Shown one piece after another: positions 1 to 10,135 of a DNA stretch of 64,000 nucleotides. Source of the stretch: Iphione sp. A-MEVVRFRX5 (lineage: Eukaryota); contig OZ320321.1 in assembly GCA_976226885.1 (NCBI GenBank), positions 51,832,001 through 51,896,000 on the forward strand, written 5' to 3'. Made by a program: the position numbers and the translations under genes. Under the pieces are notes generated by a model that was not told the origin of the DNA, did no database searches, and worked only from the letters and a program-made list of their open reading frames with translations. Numbering within the stretch: the first letter of the stretch is position 1; every line of letters starts with the position of its first letter.

Positions 1-436
1 ACGATATATGTTTAGCGCCGAACTGTTTGTTTTATTTTGATCATTATTTTGTGATGAAAGATTGCAGACTACACAGGTACTACTGTCTATTCCGCAGTTG
101 TATGTATATGTGTGTATGGACAGATGTGTGTAACTATATGACGACGAGAACAACAGAAGTAAACTTTGGTCCGTCTCACCGAAAGATAAACACATGACAT
201 ACACATTGAAATACCTTATCGTAGCTGTGGACTGGTTTTTATGATTATTCCCCCCAAAAGGCATTTGTCGTTTATTTATAGCATCATGTACCGAATACCT
301 CACCCTTTCGAAAACAACGTACAAAAGTGGTGGTAGCTCAATAGCTTACTCCATTTGAAAAGTCTTTGGGCTGCTAAATTGAGCAGTGTTCTCATTCATT
401 TATTCATATGGTATGATACCAACTTTCCCTAGTTTC

Positions 437-446
437 GGGAGTTCCC
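437..446 (+). promoter_or_regulatory. Candidate intronic kappaB site GGGAGTTCCC
   Basis: Exact match to GGGRNWYYCC about 60 nt upstream of the first visible NF-kB exon. A few chance matches are expected in 64 kb. Confidence 0.3.
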
Positions 447-503
447 CCGAACAGTCGATATTCCGAAAATAAAGTCTCATGGTTCCTATATTGTATTTGA
501 TAG

Positions 504-776
504 TCGCAAGTGGACGTGAACGCCACCGACTACGACCGCACGACGGCGCTGCACGTAGCCGTTGGCCGGCGTCTGCACCAGATGGCGCGCCTGCTCATCG
601 GTGCGGACGCGGACCCGGAAGCGGAAAGTCTGGAACAGCTTCCTCCCGCCGAGTACGAGGGCGACATCGTCGAGGACAGCGATGACGTCACTGACGTCGT
701 GGAGGACGGCACCGAGGACCCCAGTCCAGGTCGCAGCTACGTCCGGCCGATAGATCTCGCCCGGGGAGATGCAGAG
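504..776 (+). CDS. NFKB1: NF-kB p105/p100-like precursor, internal exon: last ankyrin repeats with acidic insertion (upstream exons lie outside the window)
   Basis: Acceptor tttgatAG at 502-503 (an alternative AAG at 508-510 is possible) and donor GAG|GTAGTT at 777. The peptide SQVDVNATDYDRTTALHVAVGRRLHQMARLLIGADADPEAESLEQL-acidic insert-RPIDLA parallels p105 ([43 protein letters not shown]-acidic insert-TPLDMA, recalled). NFKB1 versus NFKB2 orthology is not resolvable here. Confidence 0.85.
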
Positions 777-1106
777 GTAGTTAATTGGAGCTCGACTGTT
801 AAGAAGGATCAGCGTGTGTCAGTCCACTGTTATAACTGTAACCAATACGGAGGTCTGCTAAGTGATGGATCTGAGAGGAGGTCATTACAAACTGACAGGT
901 GTGATGGATGGTCGACAGACTGAGAAGTAATAAGTAATTACTTAATAGAAATGGGACTGTCACTTCTAAAGATAATTACGTCATGAGATTTCAAGAAAGT
1001 CATTTCAACTTTTAATTCAAGTCAAGATATATATTTAGAGGAATAGACATGGATGAACAGCGCTAACACTGTAACTTAACTTCTCTCTCTCTCCCCCCCC
1101 CCCTAG

Positions 1107-1182
1107 ATGTTGAAAATACTGTCAAGCCGTGGCCAAGAAGAGCTGGATCAAGGTTTTGATGAAGATATGAAGCCGGACAGAG
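1107..1182 (+). CDS. NFKB1: NF-kB p105-like exon, linker between ankyrin repeats and death domain (MLKILSSRGQEELDQGFDEDMKPDR)
   Basis: Long pyrimidine tract plus CTAG acceptor (1104-1106) and donor G|GTAAAA at 1183. Phase 0 in and phase 1 out match the neighbouring exons. Confidence 0.8.
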
Positions 1183-1328
1183 GTAAAAGCACTGTTTTTT
1201 CCTCTAGCAAGTTAAACTCGTTATCATCAATATGCTATTATAATGTACGTATTGCTAGAGACCTTGACATGAAACCGCACATTTACTTCTAGATGAAATG
1301 TTGACATTGTTGATGTATGCCGCTGTCC

Positions 1329-1329
1329 C

Positions 1330-1372
<43 letters not shown>
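1329..1372. repeat. (CTGT)11 microsatellite in an NF-kB intron
   Basis: Directly visible tetranucleotide tandem repeat. Confidence 0.95.
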
Positions 1373-1529
1373 TTTGTATGAGTTGGTATGTGTCTGTCTT
1401 TTAGTTTCATTCCGTCCGCCTTTGTGGCAGCCTATCCATGTCACCCTCTCTATCTCTCCTTTTCCCTTACCACACCTTTCCTCTTCTTTCCAAAAACTCA
1501 TCTCCTGAAATCTTTTCCCTTGGTCCAAG

Positions 1530-1699
1530 ATGTCAGCTGGTTGGATGAATCGACGACCAGGGCGCTGGCGGCGAAGCTGGACCCGGCCTCCGGAGAGGGG
1601 GGCAACGTCGAGGAGCTCGCCAAGCGACTCAGGATTCCGGCGTCTACGAGCAGCTCAAAGGACCAGTCGTCCATCCTCCAGCTACTCAATACGTATAAG
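1530..1699 (+). CDS. NFKB1: NF-kB p105-like exon, death domain N-terminal part (DVSWLDESTTRALAAKLDP...NVEELAKRLRI...SILQLLNTYK)
   Basis: Acceptor ccAAG at 1527-1529 (phase 1) and donor AAG|GTTAGC at 1700. The helical pattern matches the p105 death domain (DMKQL...LYKLLE...NWATLAQKLGL...TLMDNYE). Confidence 0.85.
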
Positions 1700-2114
1700 G
1701 TTAGCCTTACCAGAGATACGGAATCATTTCTTTGGGCTTGATGTGTAAAAGAGGCATCTGGCCGAACAGAAGACTTCTTTAAATGTCCGTTATGTTCGCA
1801 AACAGACATTACCTCCATCTTAGGTTCTGTTTTGTGCCATATGCTATTTCTCAATTCCAGCCGCTGTCTGTGCCTTTTTGTTTATAGTAATATGTCCCCT
1901 GCCTATTTTGTGTTGTTCCTTATATCCTCAGTTTATCTGTTACCTTGTCTTCTGCCTGTTTGTTTTCATGAATGGCGTACCATCTGTGCGTCTCTTCTGA
2001 TAACATACCTGCTTCTGCCTGTATCCCTTCCTGGCATCTTGTCGTCCGCTCACCCACAGGGTGTGGTTCTCCGGACAGCCACCAGGACGTGCATTACTCA
2101 CCAGAATGAGGCAA

Positions 2115-2251
2115 NNNNNNNNNNNNNNNNNNNNNNNNNNNNNNNNNNNNNNNNNNNNNNNNNNNNNNNNNNNNNNNNNNNNNNNNNNNNNNNNNNNNNN
2201 NNNNNNNNNNNNNNNNNNNNNNNNNNNNNNNNNNNNNNNNNNNNNNNNNNN
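2115..2251. other. Assembly gap (137 N) inside the intron between the two death-domain exons
   Basis: Run of N characters. Confidence 0.99.
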
Positions 2252-2284
2252 TGACAGCGACTAGAATGTGAATGTGTTTTGTAG

Positions 2285-2390
2285 GCTGAGAACGGCACGT
2301 TGGCAGAGCTGCGGAAGGTGCTTAATGATATTGGACGATATGACGCTGCCGCTCTTGTGGACAAATTTATCCGCCCTTCCATCCATAAAC
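2285..2390 (+). CDS. NFKB1: NF-kB p105-like exon, death domain C-terminal part (AENGTLAELRKVLNDIGRYDAAALVDKFIRPSIHK)
   Basis: Acceptor ttttgTAG (2282-2284) and donor C|GTACGT at 2391. GTLAELRKVLNDIGRYDAA is a classic death-domain end (p105 GTVRELVEALRQMGYTEAI). 106 nt, phase 0 to phase 1. Confidence 0.85.
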
Positions 2391-2815
2391 GTACGTCGAT
2401 GCATATGTTCCATTATCAGCTCTTATTTTTTATCGTGTCAGTTGTAAGAGGAGATGGGATCTACTTCTAGCTGGGAATCTCAAAACCTTTCGGTAGCAAT
2501 ATCTGTGACGATGTACCGACATTCTGTGTGCAGCGTTAGTCGATATTAAATTTATACTTTCCGTGCACGTGCAAGCATTCCTTACGCCACACGTTTTCGT
2601 CTCAGTTCTTTTATCTCAGAACAGCAAAGGTGCCAGCCATAATGATCACGAAAAGTCCTGCATCGAAATACAGCGTAATGCCTTCAGATTTACAGTAGCA
2701 GTTTTTACAATGGATGGAATAGAATCCTTGCCTCTTGCAGTGCCCACTCATATGCAGTGGATGGAGTAATAAGCCTAAGGAGTTTAGAACAACCCTGTCC
2801 TCATCTCTCTTACAG

Positions 2816-2949
2816 TGCCCAGCCAGATGCTCCTTCGGCCAGAAATCAGTCGACTCTCCGGCAAGATCCAGGACGACCCGTGCCCAGCCAGCCTCTCCGA
2901 CCTCGGCTACCACAGCTCCAGCCTCGGACTCGTCACCGACTCGCCATGA
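2816..2949 (+). CDS. NFKB1: NF-kB p105-like terminal coding exon ((L)PSQMLLRPEISRLSGKIQDDPCPASLSDLGYHSSSLGLVTDSP*)
   Basis: Acceptor tctctcttaCAG (2813-2815). The phase-1 frame matches the previous exon, ends at TGA 2947-2949 and contains the degron-like SDLGYHS. An extra small exon near 2620-2675 cannot be excluded. Confidence 0.7.
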
Positions 2950-5187
2950 GCAGCTCCGGTCCCCCAGCCGGCTCCTCTCGAGCTGCTCCCAGCTGCTCGA
3001 CCCCTTGAAGTAGGACAGGCTCCAGTACAAAGCAGTCTGAGCAGTGGACAGGCCCACTCCCATTGTTTCCGTATTATGGTTTTAAAATATTCTCATGCTG
3101 ACCACGGTCAATGTTTAAAGCCGTTTTATTTTGAAGCGCTGGTCGTGACTGTAGTAGCCAAGCGGCGCGCGTGGCCGGATTTTTAATTGTGGATGTGGTT
3201 AGGGCTGCCATAGAGAAGCGGTGATAACTGTTACTGGTAAAGTTATCTTCCTCACTTGAAAGATGAAAACAAAAAACAAAAAGACTGCTCCGCCTGGGTG
3301 AAGGAGACCAAAAAAGGGGACCGGCTATTTTGAGCGGTTTTTAAGAGATCTGGGTGTGTAAGTAGTAACTATATCCGTTTGTCTTGTGCGCAGTCTTCAT
3401 GCCTTTGTACAGTCGCTGTCTAAATGGCAAGCTTCATGCCACAGGACAGCAACTGCGTGTTTACCAAAGGCCTATTGAGGAATTTTGCTTCGGATATTAA
3501 GAATATCGTATACGGATTATCATATATCCACGATACATGTGTTTGCTTAAACCAAGAAACAAACAAAAAAAACACACACACCACCATGTTATTGCCTTTG
3601 AATGTACTAACCTCCCCAGAGACTTTTATTCGTTTCTGACAGCGAGTAAACTTAAAGGAACTGGCTGTTGTGTACACACATTTCGTGTCGGATGGTGGTA
3701 GGAGGTGCCAGCCCGCAGCGGCAGCGGCATAACACGACAAGGAAGGGTGGACTGTTCGCCTAGTTTTAAAATATCTTGAGAACACAGTTGTTAACACGAC
3801 CTACTACAGTTACTTTCCTTTTTTTTTTGAAAAAACAATTTTACTTCTTTTGTTTCACTGATGCCGTCTGTTTTATCGTGGTATTTTCTCACCACGATTC
3901 CTTCGGATACCGCCTTGTCTCACGATGTGAAGATAATCGTCCAATTTTCCCTGTTTTTACGGGATGGGTCAGTGGGTTGCGTATACGTGTTTGCATTTTT
4001 TTTGGGGAAAAATACCGTGAAGATATAAAGGAGTTATCTTTAACCTAGAGTGTTCATTCTGTATTTGACACTAGCTGCATAGTGTTCATCTCCGTCTTCC
4101 CTTTGATTAACTCGGTTCTCTCCTTACGAATCTGGTGTTTTGTAGTCAATTGCGCACTACGGTCATGCTGTACATGCATAACCTTGTGTTGGCGTGTCTC
4201 TCTAAATAAGTGACCTTAATTGTCAGGATCGGGTCAGTGTGAATTGTGGTCGGCGCCTCCTCCGTTTTTCTTAATTTTGAGACAATAACGGTAAAAACAG
4301 AAGATGAAACCTGGGTCAATTTTCGTCGCACATTCAGCCTTGAAGGTTTTAAGTTGTGCCATTCTTGTGTGCCACTTCCATCATTATCCTATTGTCTTCA
4401 AAACGTCCCAAAGGGATCACGTTGTTCACACGACACATTTGTTAATACGTACAATTATTGAGACGCGGCAGTGTTATTGATCTAAATGTTTCTTTGTCCT
4501 CGCGCTAGTATGATTCGGGAAGGCAGTGAAAAATCATCGTTTGCAAATATGTATCCGAATAGGTTTTTTCCTCTCCAGAGTAAGCTTCTGGTGCTCAGTT
4601 TTTCTCCATCAAATTTGAGGGCAGGGTCGACGTAAAAATGTTATTTATAGAATTTTAGTTCTAGCGCTGTTAAGAAATGTACAAAGCATGAGTTAAAATT
4701 AAAGGGTAAAAACATGACTGCACAATGAAAAAAAAGAATTTGATAGAGGGCAGTAGCAAAAATCTCTGTATATTTGTTATGCTGATTTAAAAGAATAAAT
4801 GACATAAGTTTTAGCGTCGAGACCTTTTCAGGAATTTTGTTTCCCAAGTTGTTCTGATTTCATGTCTTACCAGGCACGAGATGGTATTACGATTATCAGC
4901 TATCCGTTTGACGGTGAAGTATGTACTTCCTATGTCTTGAATTTCATGAGTGTATAACGTTCTCGTCCATTTTTTTTTGTTCTTCGATAAGGTTACATAT
5001 CCATACTGTGGATATTCGAAATACAATATAAAGCGAGCATTCGATGCCTCTTAAACAAGTAGTGAAAAGCTTTGTCACCACAAGACTATAGCAGCTGTCC
5101 GTGTTTCAACTTGCCATCATCCGTACTGGATGAACTTCGAGACCACTTTCGTTATTGCAACCCGTGGTTACTGTTAGAGTTGCCGGG

Positions 5188-7943
5188 TTAGTCATGTGTG
5201 TGTCCCTTAGCGTTAAACGGTGGAACTGTAACAGCGACGATGCTGCCATGGTGATATAGTATCCCCCGAGCCACGTAGACTTGTCTTGCTAGCTTATCGA
5301 GAGATAGTCCAAATCTAGTTAGGGGAAGGGAGGCAGGTGGCGCCTCCTTTAGCCGTAGACGTATCTCATGGAGGGATTTTTCTTTTCGAATCTGTACGTA
5401 TGTGAGTGTATAAGGAAACGCATTCATTATGTACCCAGCCCTAGCCTTTACAATGCTAGGAGAAAAAAACGTGAGATCCTCCCCAATCCTCCTTTTTTTT
5501 TAGAATTTAGAATCATGGTCTACATATTTGGCGCGATCGAGGCACTTTTCTCTCTGTGGAAGTATTGACTTGTGGCATTACAGCACGTGGAAACAACTTT
5601 TTACTTTATGGCTTTAGGGGAAGAATGTCATGAAAGTAGGTAGATTATGTTGATGGCTTAATGTACACTTTTCTTGCGAATAAATTTACAGTATAAGCAG
5701 CACAACGACTCTTTTCTTTCATTTGTGATTTAACACCCCCCCCCCCCCGCCTCGGTGGGTCGTTACGAGGAATAACAGCTTACATGGGTCAGCAATCACC
5801 TTGCCCCTTGATCCAAGCCATTCCTAAAAAAGCAAGGGTTGTGATAACGTAGTCTCTACATTTACATGCATTCGGTATATAGAGTCAGAATATACACAGA
5901 GAGGAGGATACAGAAAGAGAAGACTACCGATACTGGTAATTGTCGACTACGTAATTTCAATGTATATCTTGAGAAGAATCTATCAAAATGTCCAACCATT
6001 ATATTCTCAAAAGCTAATGTAATGTTCGACCCAGCAGTAGTTTCCAGATACATGTACATAATTGTGATTTTTTTCCCCTCCCGGAATAATCTTAATTGTA
6101 GTCGGCGATGTTCGGTGAAGAGTTCCATTTGTTATCACTCAGAAAGGCTTTAATGAAACAATCATAATGTTTGCAGGCGGCTTACCACCGTAACTGTAAC
6201 ACTGCGTCGCCGTGCCTGCTTCTAACAACGTAGAAGATGGTCGATGTAGCAGTACTGTCTGGTAAAAAGACAAAGACTAGATATCTCACGATCATTTCTG
6301 ACGCAAATCCTCCTTCGACGATAGATGGCGATTCACCTAAGACCACTAGACGGGGAGCGAATTCTAGTTGCACTAATCACCTTCTCTCGTTTCATTGTAA
6401 GTGAACACCTGTAAGTGCTTCCCTCCTCCCTCTCCCTCTCTTTCTCTCTACCTCACCAAAACACTGCAAATCGCTCGGAAGAGCAGCGCCTGGTGAGATG
6501 ATGTGCAGTAGAACCTCAGAACTGGGGACGCCAGCGATTCCCAGCAAAATTGTCCCCATTTAGGGAACTGTCCCCACTACCAAGTGGTACATATACCTAA
6601 GATAACAGCTTCTAACCCAAGATGACAGTTCTAACAAATCTGACCGAATTAAAGCGTTGCCCGTGCTCTGGGATGTCCCAGTACCTATCTCCTATTGTAT
6701 AGCGTATTCTCCGACCATAGGGCTATGTTAATTCGCGAGTGCCATTCTTAGACACTTGCCCTTTAAGGCACGGTAACGCAGGTGCATTAAGGGTGGCGGA
6801 AATGTGCCCGTTTTCCCTCTTGGCACGGGCCTTTTCCCCCTGACCCTCGTCTAAGAGTCTATGAGAGCCGGAAATGAACAGGGGCGACCGGAAGCAGGCG
6901 GTACTTATCTTATGACATTTGTTCCCACCGACTGATATGTATCACGGAGGCGGGACATCGGGTACAAAAGTAGCTGATCAATTTTAGATTCTCCTATTAA
7001 GTGGGGACATTTCTGATTGGAACGTCAAGCGAAGGGACGAAAACGGGTTCACGTCCGCAAGAGTTATGAGAAACTACTGCAGAGAATGCCCCGTACATTG
7101 AGGGCTTACACCTCAGTGAAGAGAGTGCCATACCGCTCGATGCATCCGTACAGTGGGATCTCAAACGGATTAGACTCTATTGAAGCGGCCAATTAAATTA
7201 GCCATCGGGATAAGAAAGGAAGGTCATCGTGTATAGTATGCTATTCATCCCCCCCCGCAATGCTCGCATGAAAGCAACGCATCCGGATAAAACGGGCGCG
7301 GATACAGTCGTCCCATTGCCTTCATAAGGAGAGAGAATTCGGGGCTTTCTTCTTGCATTGATATTCGAGAAAAAGGAGAGGATGAAGCAGAGCGATAAAA
7401 GCTCTTCTATTTTTTTGTATTGGTCTCTCGTGATAACAAGACCAACATGGAACACGTCCTCCGAAATGCGCCGCTGAACAAGGGCGGTGGAACACATCGA
7501 CGGTGGCTGTTGCTTGCTCGCGTACCTGCATTTGCATGCCTCTCGCGAGCTTGGCCGCAGTGCCGCGCATCGATCGCATACCACTGGGTCATGCTGCCTG
7601 CTGCGCGTCTCACCAGGAGGCGGGGGGGGGGGGCGGAGGGTTATTAACGTGTCCGACGACGTCACGAATGACTCCTGTGACGTCGAAAGTGCGCACGCGG
7701 CATCAATGTTCAGCCACCGCCCTCGGTATTCCTGCTGCGGTCGCTGGGACCAGGGCCCTGGCCGCGAGACATTCTGGAAGCATCCCATCCCCCCACCACC
7801 AACTCCTCCCCTCTAGTCATCCTCTCTACACCGGAGGCATTTGCTGCCGCTACTGCCAATACCACTCGGACCGGTACCGTCACCAGTAGGTAGTACGAAA
7901 CCGCGCACCGCGGCAGCGACAACGTCAGCCACTGCATCAGCAT
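5188..7943 (-). pseudogene. Decayed Cys-loop receptor (nAChR-like) copy: M1, M2-M3 and M4 exon remnants
   Basis: Exon 5391-5188 (CAG acceptor) reads SLHEIRLRLKE...LDKLARQVYVARGILYHHGSIVAVTVPP, like MA-M4 (LDRL...GILMSAP). Exon 6408-6186 (AG/GTAAG bounded) has REKVIS and LVVLGESPS...YLVFVFL, like GEK/M2-M3. ORF 7198-7788 has LSLCFILSFFSNI, like M1. ORF 7407-7613 has AIDARH, like the Cys-loop start. Frameshifts and polar substitutions occur in TM segments. Confidence 0.55.
6506..7079. mobile_element. Possible Tigger/pogo-type non-autonomous element (MITE) with degenerate TIRs
   Basis: Left end cagtagaacctcagaactggggacg versus right end gagttatgagaaactactg (about 14/19 to the reverse complement), plus an internal inverted pair tgtccccact / agtggggaca. 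No TA target duplication is seen. Confidence 0.35.
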
Positions 7944-8019
7944 CTAAAGTGGTACTAGCAGGTAGCGGAAGCACAAAGTGATAACGTTTATATCAACATC
8001 GACCTTGATCACCGGCTAG

Positions 8020-9349
8020 CTATAAAACCTGATTACTCCAACCCATACCGTGCCATTTTGCAACACTGACATAGACGACCGCATTACGCGCACGAACGGG
8101 AGCGAGGATCCATCGAGAGAAGGGGAGGGGGATACATGTGTGTGATTGGCAGTATGGGGGCCGAAAGCCTCTAGAGTGTACGCGACCCGTCCGCTGCACA
8201 ACATAAGCGATCACATCGTGGACGCAGTCTGACCCCTGTTGCAGTATTTCGCGCGGGAAGCTGTTAGCGCCATCTGCGGCGATTGAGTGTGGCCGTAATT
8301 GCCGAAGAGACTCACCTGGGTAGGATCTGCGCCCGCCTGCCTCATTCAGAGGCCTGTCAGCCGTGGCCTTCTCGCCAGCTGATTTCTGCAACTCCGACAG
8401 GCGTTTACTTATCAGTGCAGAGATTCACTGCCGACGACCGTCAAGGGTGCAGAGACTCTTGAAATTCGGGCACAGTCTTGACAACAAGACGGACAACAGC
8501 CAGGTTTTGAAGGTAAGGCTTGCCAATCTCTAACATGTAACGAGGAAATACACGTACCCGTGTTTCGCGGATAAAAGATACATTATCCCTGCCGTAGCTA
8601 TATGGATCATATTGACTCATCAGCATACCAGTAGATATAGCGATAAAGCGAGAAGCAATCGTCGTATCCCACGTCAAAATACTGTCCACTATTTAGACAT
8701 ATAGGTGATTTTCGACCATGCAGAGGCGACACAAAAATCAAATTGGCAATATGAATATTTCCTGATAAATGACGATAACTAGGAGCTTTTATTATAGGTA
8801 ACATGTAGTTATACCATAATGAGAATTTTTTCTATGGCTAGTACATATATTGCGCATTTATGGAGACTTAATTGTCCAGCGATGATGCTTGATCAGCAGT
8901 GGGCTACTTCAGCACGCGCGACCAAAACACAAAGCTTCCCTGTTGGAGATCGAACCATAACAGTTAACTCTCCCCGTTCTTCCTCATAAATGAAGTATAG
9001 ATAGCGTCTGGGGCCATACTATTGCAACTCATATGCCGCATGGTACTTTCAAGTAAAATGCATCATATTTCGACTAATTCAGTAAGCTTGAGCTGCCGTT
9101 TGTGACATACATTATACATTCAATTCTTCATTACTGTTCTTGACCATAAACCCATGAAAATTACTTTCCCGAGTGATTCCGTAACGAATAATTAATTACC
9201 AGACCATAAAGTGTGTTTAGTACAGGTACTTTTGCTGCTGTGCTCGAGCGAAGCATCCAGGGGTCCATGTCCTTATTATGTAATACCCGAATGACGCGGA
9301 ATTCTGAATGAACGCTGCACAGGTATCCTGGAGGATATTGATTCATCAT
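8020..9349 (-). pseudogene. Decayed nAChR-like copy with a recognisable C-x13-C Cys-loop
   Basis: Exon 8761-8316 (tttatcAG / GTGAG) reads NLIFVSPLHGRKSPI-CLNSGQYFDVGYDDC-FSLYRYIYWYADESI (two Cys 13 residues apart, 8699-8655). After frameshifts come PYLQNLAVVRLVVKTVPEFQESLHP (beta10/pre-M1) and SAGEKAT (DSGEKIT-like). Confidence 0.65.
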
Positions 9350-10135
9350 GACTACAGTGCGTATTGTCTCTTAATCTTCTCATCTAGGGAACATGCGTTA
9401 TATTATTGTTCACAGACGAGTTTGATCCGAGAATTACTTCGTATGAGCTCAAGATTATAGTTGTTGATCCTAATCTGAAACGCCACTTTCACATCTAGAA
9501 CTAGGGGCCTAGTCTAAGCTTTCTGTAGTAGGATGAAAACCTACGTTTGGTTTTTAGGTGGACATCAAACTGCATGCATAATTCAATACAGGCAACTTTT
9601 TTCTTGTTTTAAAAATTAAATCCGCGCTGACATACATATATTTCCTAGGGTAGCGTTCCATCAATAGCTGCGACACGGCGTCAAAATTCCTGCTTTGTAT
9701 CAGACGCAGCGGCCGTCTGCCGGGGTGAGGATTACATTTTACGTATAGATAGCGTTATTTTGTAAGCCTGTTGTAATCAGTGGCCACGCTTTTTATACAT
9801 CTCAATAATAACCACAGGAAATTACAAGTGCCCAAAGTAGCAGTGGAAAGTCCAACTGCCTTCCTTTTGTAAGACATCCGGCGGAGATGACGTTAGAAAT
9901 ACACGTACTCCATGCATATATGCTCTTCAGTCTTACTTGACGGTGTTCTCACATAAACTTCATATTGAATTAGGCCAAGTGGCCTCTATATTCCACGTGG
10001 ATATACTGTTTTAATTTGGTGGGCTTACTGTGCTCTTTTGATGAAAAAAATGGCTAATGGGACAATAAACGAGGAACTGACCTATTAACATTTTAGCCCA
10101 ACTGTCCAAAAAGTTGCAGGATCTCGGGTTGCCTT

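Noticed and set aside
2060-2114. Possible extra NF-kB exon (ccacAG|GGTGTG...) running into the N gap
   Set aside because: The flanking exons already join into an uninterrupted death domain (YK|AENGTL). An insertion here would break the fold and cannot be evaluated across the gap.
7420-7889. Several overlapping GC-rich plus-strand ORFs (75-128 aa)
   Set aside because: They have no coherent splice context or domain. Stop-poor GC-rich sequence and the minus-strand pseudogene explain them.
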